Positions 39,501 through 44,900 of a stretch of 64,000 nucleotides of DNA are shown here, piece by piece (position 1 is the first letter of the stretch; every line of letters starts with the position of its first letter). This DNA is from Akkermansia sp. GTDB taxonomy: Bacteria > Verrucomicrobiota > Verrucomicrobiia > Limisphaerales > SIBH01. Under the pieces are notes generated by a model, which worked only from the letters and a program-made list of their open reading frames with translations, did not search any database and was not told the DNA's origin. The DNA lies in the NCBI GenBank assembly GCA_043757045.1, contig JAYVQC010000241.1, forward strand, positions 10,410-74,409, read 5' to 3'. The translations under genes were made by a program, and so were the position numbers.

Positions 39501-40456
39501 CCACCACCCCGCCCGCCATCGTCATGCAACCCGCCAGCCAGAGCGTGGAAGCCGGCGACATCGTCACCCTCGCCGTCGCCACCACCGGCAGCGCGCCCCA
39601 GACCTACCGCTGGTTCCACAACGCCACCAACCTCCTCACCGACGGACCCACCATCGGCGGAGCCAACACTGCGGAACTCACCTTGTATAACATCGCCGAA
39701 GCGCAAGCCGGCCACTACACCGCCACCATTACCAACAGCGCCGGGGCGGCCAGCACCACACCCGCGCTCGTGACCGTGCTCCCCGTCATAGACCTCGCCG
39801 AGGCGCTCGACTCCTACGACCTCTTCTTCACCACCGTGGGCGAGGCCGGCTGGATTGGCCACACCGTGGTCACCCACGACGGCACCGACGCCGCCCGCAG
39901 CGGCCGCATTTTCGACAACCAGAGCAGCACCCTCGAGACGATGGTGACCGGCCCCGGCAGCGTGAGCTTCTGGTGGAAAGTCAGTTCCGAGACCAACGCC
40001 GACCACCTGACCTTCTTCCTCAATGGCGTGCCGCAACAATCCATCTCCGGCGAAGTGGGCTGGCAACCCCGCAGCTACCCGCTCGGAGCCGGCACGCAAC
40101 TGCTCGAATGGACCTACTTCAAGAACGGCAGCATCTCGACCAACGCGGACCGAGGCTGGCTCGATCAAATTGTTTACAGCGACCAGCCGCCCGTGACCAA
40201 CGCCGTGAGCGTGAGCAACCTGCACCTGGCCGTGGACGGCAACACGCTCTCCATCCACTGGGAAGGCAGCGCGAGCAAGACCTACAAAGTTTATTACAAA
40301 GAAGCGTTGAGCGACCCGCAATGGACGCTGCTCGACACCGAAGTGCGGGTGACGTGGAAAGTGGTCGGGGGCGAGATCGTGCCCGACGCGATCACCGCCA
40401 CCGCCACCGACGGCATCGGCACCAGCATGAGATTCTATCGCGTGCAGGAGCAATGA
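24545..40456 (+). CDS. Giant (~5,300 aa) secreted multidomain protein. Order: PL6 lyase head, 4x MBG-like, PKD-like, 5x BACON-like, cohesin-like, 13x uncharacterised module interleaved with Ig I-set domains, C-terminal RFYR module
   Basis: Single uninterrupted ORF 24509..40456. A likely start is [27 protein letters not shown] at 24545. Domain evidence is listed under the separate domain features. Every long ORF on the opposite strand here is Arg/Gly/Asp/His-rich, with no repeat logic. Confidence 0.9.
   Translation: [5303 protein letters not shown]
24617..25950 (+). other. Polysaccharide lyase family 6 (chondroitinase-B / alginate lyase type) catalytic beta-helix domain of the giant protein
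   Basis: [79 protein letters not shown] and [17 protein letters not shown]. The Lys (SSKS) and Arg (LRHG) positions match the PL6 catalytic Lys/Arg pair as I recall it from chondroitinase B. Confidence 0.75.
26031..26955 (+). repeat. Four tandem ~75-aa MBG-like (YG..L...QLNA...G.F.Y.P..GTVL.AG...L.V.FTP.D..NF) repeats
   Basis: Copies begin [90 protein letters not shown] and [30 protein letters not shown]. Each ends VFTP.D..NF..VTQ.V.L.V. Confidence 0.7.
28342..29720 (+). repeat. Five BACON-like ~88-aa repeats inside the giant protein
   Basis: Each unit has C.[FLY]...P..R.H......G.i.V.....C.W.....N.WI.I.S...G.G.V.Y.V..N.....R.G.i.V.g....i.Q. An example is [83 protein letters not shown]. Confidence 0.7.
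29721..30150 (+). other. Cohesin-like domain (giant protein)
   Basis: [50 protein letters not shown]...[31 protein letters not shown]. It is parallel to the modules at 56941..57360 and 60795..61240 (shared pattern G.TN.....L.a.G.EN...FS..fDTN.La..sa). Confidence 0.55.
30150..40200 (+). repeat. Array of 13 copies of an uncharacterised ~140-aa module (hallmark GPGT.[9 protein letters not shown]...D.L.F..NG.....ISGE.DW......L..G...L.W.Y.K......G.D.GW.D.V.F), each followed by 1-3 Ig I-set-type domains (hallmark PL.YQW..NG..L)
   Basis: I counted 13 FWWKVSS-type hallmarks in the translation, from [23 protein letters not shown] (~30330) to [23 protein letters not shown] (~39965). The Ig units read P.IT.QP....V..G..A.F.V.A.G..PL.YQW..NG..L........TL.L..VQ...AG.Y.V.VSN..G...S..A.LTV. 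Confidence 0.8.
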
Positions 40457-40505
40457 CGCGCGCCCCGCGTGACGGGGCGGCGAGAGCAAAGATTTGTTTT
40501 CAACT

Positions 40506-41951
40506 ATGCCAATGGACAACCAACAGAGAGTGATGTTTTGCGCCGTCGCCACGGCGCTGGCGCTCACGTGCGCGACCACGCGCAGCGCCGAAGCCGCCGC
40601 CCCGGCGGGTTTGCCGCGCAGCAGCGCCGCGCCGGCCGGCTGGCTCTCGCAACCGATCTCCCTCGACGACGCCATCCGCATCGCCCTCGCCCAGAACGGC
40701 GACATTCTCAAAGCCCAGCACGAACTGGAAGCCGCGCACGGCGTCTCGCTCCAGACCCGCGCCGTGGTGCTGCCGAAAATTCGCGGCTCCGCCGGCTACG
40801 AACACACCCAGGCCGTCGAGCGCGATCCGTACAGCCAACAACAAGCCTTCCAGCCTCTGCGGAACAACTGGACCGGCGGCATTCGCCTCCAGCAAAACAT
40901 TTACGAAGGCGGCCGCCTCGCCGCCTCCTGGCGCGCGGCGAAGCTGGTCAAGGAACAAGCGTATCAGGATTACCTCACGGTCATCGCTGACACCATTCTC
41001 GAAGTCCGCACCGCCTACTACGACGTGCTCCTCGCCGAACAGCAGATCGCCGTGCAAGAGGCCTCCGTGCGCCTGCTGTCCGAAGAACTCGGCAACACCA
41101 GGAAACGTTCCGACGCCGGGGCCGTGCCGCGCTTCGACGTGTTGCGCGGCGAAGTGCAGGTCGCGAACGCCCGCCCCCGCCTCATCCGCGCGCAGAACAA
41201 TTTTCGCACCGCCAAAAACAAACTTGCCACCGCCCTCGGCCACAACCTCCCGACCACCGTGCTCGAAGACATCCCGCTGGTGCTGACCTCGAAGCTCGAC
41301 CCGGTGCCTTATGAAATCGCGCTGCCGCAGGCGCTGGAACTGGCCCGCGCGCGCCGTCCCGAGCTGCATTCGCTCCGCACGGAAATTGACCTCCAGCACG
41401 AGCGCGTGAAGATCGCCCAGTCCGGCTACCTGCCCGCGCTCGGCGTGTATGCCGGCTACAAAGCTTACAACAGCGAGTTCAGCGGGAACTTTTACAAGGA
41501 CGTGTCCGGCCCCATCGCCGGCGTGGAGATGAACTGGGACATCTTCGACGGCCTGGCCACGCGCGGTCGCGTCGTCGAGGCGCGGGCGCGCGAAGCGAAG
41601 TCCACCGTGAATCTGGCCGACCAGACGCGCCGCGTGGAGCAGCAGGTGCGGACGTTCTATTCGAGCTTCACCGAAGCCCGGGAAGTCCTGAAGTCGCAGG
41701 AAAAAAATGTGGAACGCGGCGAAGAAGCCATCCGCCTCGCGTCCTCGCGCTACGACGCCGGCAGCGGCACGCAACTCGACGTGCTCGACGCGCAAACCTC
41801 TCTCACCGAGGCGCGCACCACGCAGATTAATGCGACCCGCGATTATCTCGTGGCCCGCGCGCGCGTCGAACGCGCCATCGGCCTCGAAGTGGAGCGCGCG
41901 CAGACCAGCGCGCCGACGACGGTGGAAACTTGGAAGCCGAAGACCAAATGA
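40506..41951 (+). CDS. TolC-family outer-membrane channel protein
   Basis: ORF 40494..41951, with the ATG at 40506 and signal peptide MPMDNQQRVMFCAVATALALTCATTRSAEA. The two-fold OEP repeat architecture shows LSLDDAIRIALAQNGDILKAQHELEAA and ARRPELHSLRTEIDLQHERVKIAQSGYLPAL, plus RYDAGSGTQLDVLDAQTSLTEARTTQINATRDYLVARARVERAIG. Confidence 0.85.
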   Translation: MPMDNQQRVMFCAVATALALTCATTRSAEAAAPAGLPRSSAAPAGWLSQPISLDDAIRIALAQNGDILKAQHELEAAHGVSLQTRAVVLPKIRGSAGYEHTQAVERDPYSQQQAFQPLRNNWTGGIRLQQNIYEGGRLAASWRAAKLVKEQAYQDYLTVIADTILEVRTAYYDVLLAEQQIAVQEASVRLLSEELGNTRKRSDAGAVPRFDVLRGEVQVANARPRLIRAQNNFRTAKNKLATALGHNLPTTVLEDIPLVLTSKLDPVPYEIALPQALELARARRPELHSLRTEIDLQHERVKIAQSGYLPALGVYAGYKAYNSEFSGNFYKDVSGPIAGVEMNWDIFDGLATRGRVVEARAREAKSTVNLADQTRRVEQQVRTFYSSFTEAREVLKSQEKNVERGEEAIRLASSRYDAGSGTQLDVLDAQTSLTEARTTQINATRDYLVARARVERAIGLEVERAQTSAPTTVETWKPKTK

Positions 41952-44900
41952 GGAAAGCAGAAAATAGAAAGCAGAAATCAGCACAGCGCGCACCCGGTGC
42001 GCGGGCGCTGCTGCTGCTTATTTCTGCTTTCTGCTTTCTACTCTCTGCTTTCCCCCTTGGGGCGGCTGAGTTCGACACCTTGCGCCTGCGCTGGCGCGAC
42101 CTGCTTACGCAGGGGACGAACGCCAGCTTCGCCAATCCGCTTTACCAGAACTGGATCAGCTCGGTGGGCAACAGCGCGCAGTCCTACTGGTCCACGATGA
42201 ACACCAGTCCGACGCGCACCAATCTCTGGAGCGCGTATCCGTATCCCGCCGCCGATTCGAGCGACATCAGCGGCACCTACTCGCGCCTGCGCACGATGGC
42301 GCTCGCCTACTCGATCAAGGACTCCGCGCTCGAAGGCAACACCGGCCTGCGCTCCGCGACCATCAACGGCTTGGACTGGATGTTCACCAATCACTACAAC
42401 GCGTCCTCCGTCGTCTTCGACAACTGGTTCGATTTCGAGATCGCCACGCCCTTGGTGCTGAATGACATCACCACGCTGCTCTACTCGAATCTTTCGCCCG
42501 CGCAGATCAGCAACTACATGGCGGCGGTGGAGCACTTCACGCCCACGCCGAGCGAGAGCTTCATTTCCACGAATCTCACGGCGGCGAACAAGATCTGGAA
42601 GTCGCTCGTCGTGGCGGTGCGCGGCGTGCTGGTGCAGAACTCGAACAAAGTCGCGCTCGCGCGCTCGGGTTTGAGCGACGTGTTTCCGTACGTGACGAGC
42701 GGCGACGGTTTTTATCGCGACGGCTCGTTCGTGTTTCACAACGAGTTCGCCTACAACGCAGGCTACGGCGTGGAACTGCTCGATTCGATGGGTTCGATGA
42801 TGCAGTTGCTCACCGGCTCGACGTGGGCCATCACCGATCCCGCGCAGACCAATGTCTTCCGCTGGGTCACGGATTCCTTCCAGCCGTTCTTCGCGCGCGG
42901 CGCGGCCATGGAGATGGTGGATGGCCGGTACCACACGCGCAACGGCGACGCCCACGAGCGCGGCCATGAAATGCTCAGTGCCATTCTCCGCGTCGCGCAA
43001 GTTGCGCCTCTGGCCGACGCGACGGCCTACAAATCTTTTGTGAAGGGCATGATTCAGTCCGACACGTATCGCAATTTTCTCACCGCGCAATCGCCGCCTT
43101 ACAACGTGTGGGCCAGCGCGGCGCTCAACGACACGAACATCCCCGCGCGAGTTGTGACGACCGAGCATCGGCAGTTTCCCGGCATGGACCGCGTGGTGCA
43201 TCACACGCCGGACTGGACGTTCGCTCTCTCCACGTCGTCGAGCCGGATCGCGAATTACGAATCCACGCGCGGCGAAAATCTCAAGGGCTGGTACACGGGC
43301 GAGGGCATGACCTACCTCTACAATCGCGAGCTGGGCCAATACTCGGATCAGTTCTGGGCCACGATTGATCCGTATCGCCTGCCCGGCACGACGGTGGACA
43401 CGTTCACGCGCACGAACGGCTCGGGCGATTCCTATCGCAGTCCGAACAACCAGACCGGCGGCGCGTCGATCCTCGGTTTGTACGGCGTGAGCGCGATGCA
43501 CTTGAACGCCTGGGTCAGCACGCTGGCCGCGCGCAAGTCGTGGTTCGTCTTCGACAACGAAATCGTCTGCGTGGGCAACAGCGTGAGCAGTGCGGAAACG
43601 AACAGCGGCGTGGAAACGATCATCGAAAACCGCCGCCTCGGACTCTACGGCAACAACGCTTTGACCGTGAACGGCACGGCCAAGCCCAGCGGCCCCGGCT
43701 GGAGCGAGACGATGAACGGCACGTCGTGGGCGCATCTCGCCGGGACCGCAAACGACACCGACATTGGGTATTTCTTCCCATCGAGTACGACGGTGAAGGC
43801 GCTGCGTGAATCGCGCGCGGGCGCGATGCGCGATCTCAACACCACCTACGGCTCGGCCACGAAATACACGCGGCACTACCTCACGATGTATTTCGACCAC
43901 GGCACAAATCCGAACAACGGCACCTATTCGTACGTGCTGCTGCCCGGCATGTCCGCGAGCGCCGTCGCAGCCTACGCCGCCAGCCCCGACATCACCATTT
44001 TGCAGAACAACAGCACGGCGACGGCGGTGCGCGAGAACAGGCTGGGACTCGTCGGCATCAATCACTGGCGCGATTCGTCGAACCAGGTCGCGGGCGCGGG
44101 CATCAGTTTCAGTCACAAGGCGGCGGCGATTTTGAAGAACGACGGCACCGTGCTCGACCTCGGCGTTTCTGATCCCACGCAGACGAACACGGCGGGTCTC
44201 ACGGTGGAATTGACGAACTCGGTGACGGCGGTGTTGTCCTTGGATGCGGGCGTGACGGTGTTGCAGACCAGCCCGCTGCGGTTGCTGTTCAACACCAGCA
44301 ACACCTACGGCGCAACGTTGCGCGCGAAGTTCAGCGTCGGCGCGTTTCAAACCAACGCGCTGCTCGCCATCGCGGACGCGCATGTGCAGAACGGTGCGGC
44401 GGCGGTCACGAATTTTGGCACGAGTTCGACGCTCTCGGTGAAGGCGGGCAGCGCCAGCACCACGCGCGAGACGTTCTTGAAGTTCGATTTGTCGTCGGTG
44501 CCGGGGACGATTGTCGGAGCGAACCTGCGGCTGGTGTCGCGCTCGTTTGTCGAGCCGGTGTTTCACACAGCGGCGTTAGTCTCGGACAATTCGTGGACGG
44601 AAACAGGCGTCATCTGGAACAACAAGCCGGGTTCGACCACGCCCACGGTGACGTGGCCGGTCGTGGGGAACAACCTGACTTCGACCATTCCGGTCACGGC
44701 CTTCATCACGCCGGCATTGGCGAATGGCGGCGTGTTGTCCTTCCGGATTTTCAGCAATGGCACGAACAGCTCGGGGCCGACGAGCAGCAGTGAATTTGTC
44801 AGCTATGGGGCGCGCGAAAACTCGGCGGCGAATGTGCCCCAACTCCTCGTGAGTTACGTGCGCTCGGCTCCTGCGGTCTCGCTCACCAGTCCTGAGGATG

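Noticed and set aside
22824-40711. Long minus-strand ORFs inside the epimerase and giant PL6 genes (22824..24545, 24524..25438, 26174..27337, 27914..28657, 28703..30955, 30965..32740, 34034..35500, 35660..37516, 37700..40711)
   Set aside because: All are Arg/Gly/Asp/His/Val-rich and lack domain periodicity. The plus frame shows a continuous 5,300-aa reading frame with repeated, recognisable domain signatures. They are stop-poor antisense frames caused by the GC3 bias of the sense frame.
24545-41951. Interpretation of the giant protein plus MFP plus TolC as a type I secretion (RTX adhesin) system
   Set aside because: - No ABC transporter gene is in the block.
- No GGxGxD nonapeptide repeats were noted in the C-terminal region I examined.
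- The giant protein has an N-terminal Sec-type signal peptide.
- The MFP is adjacent to the synthase rather than to the giant gene.
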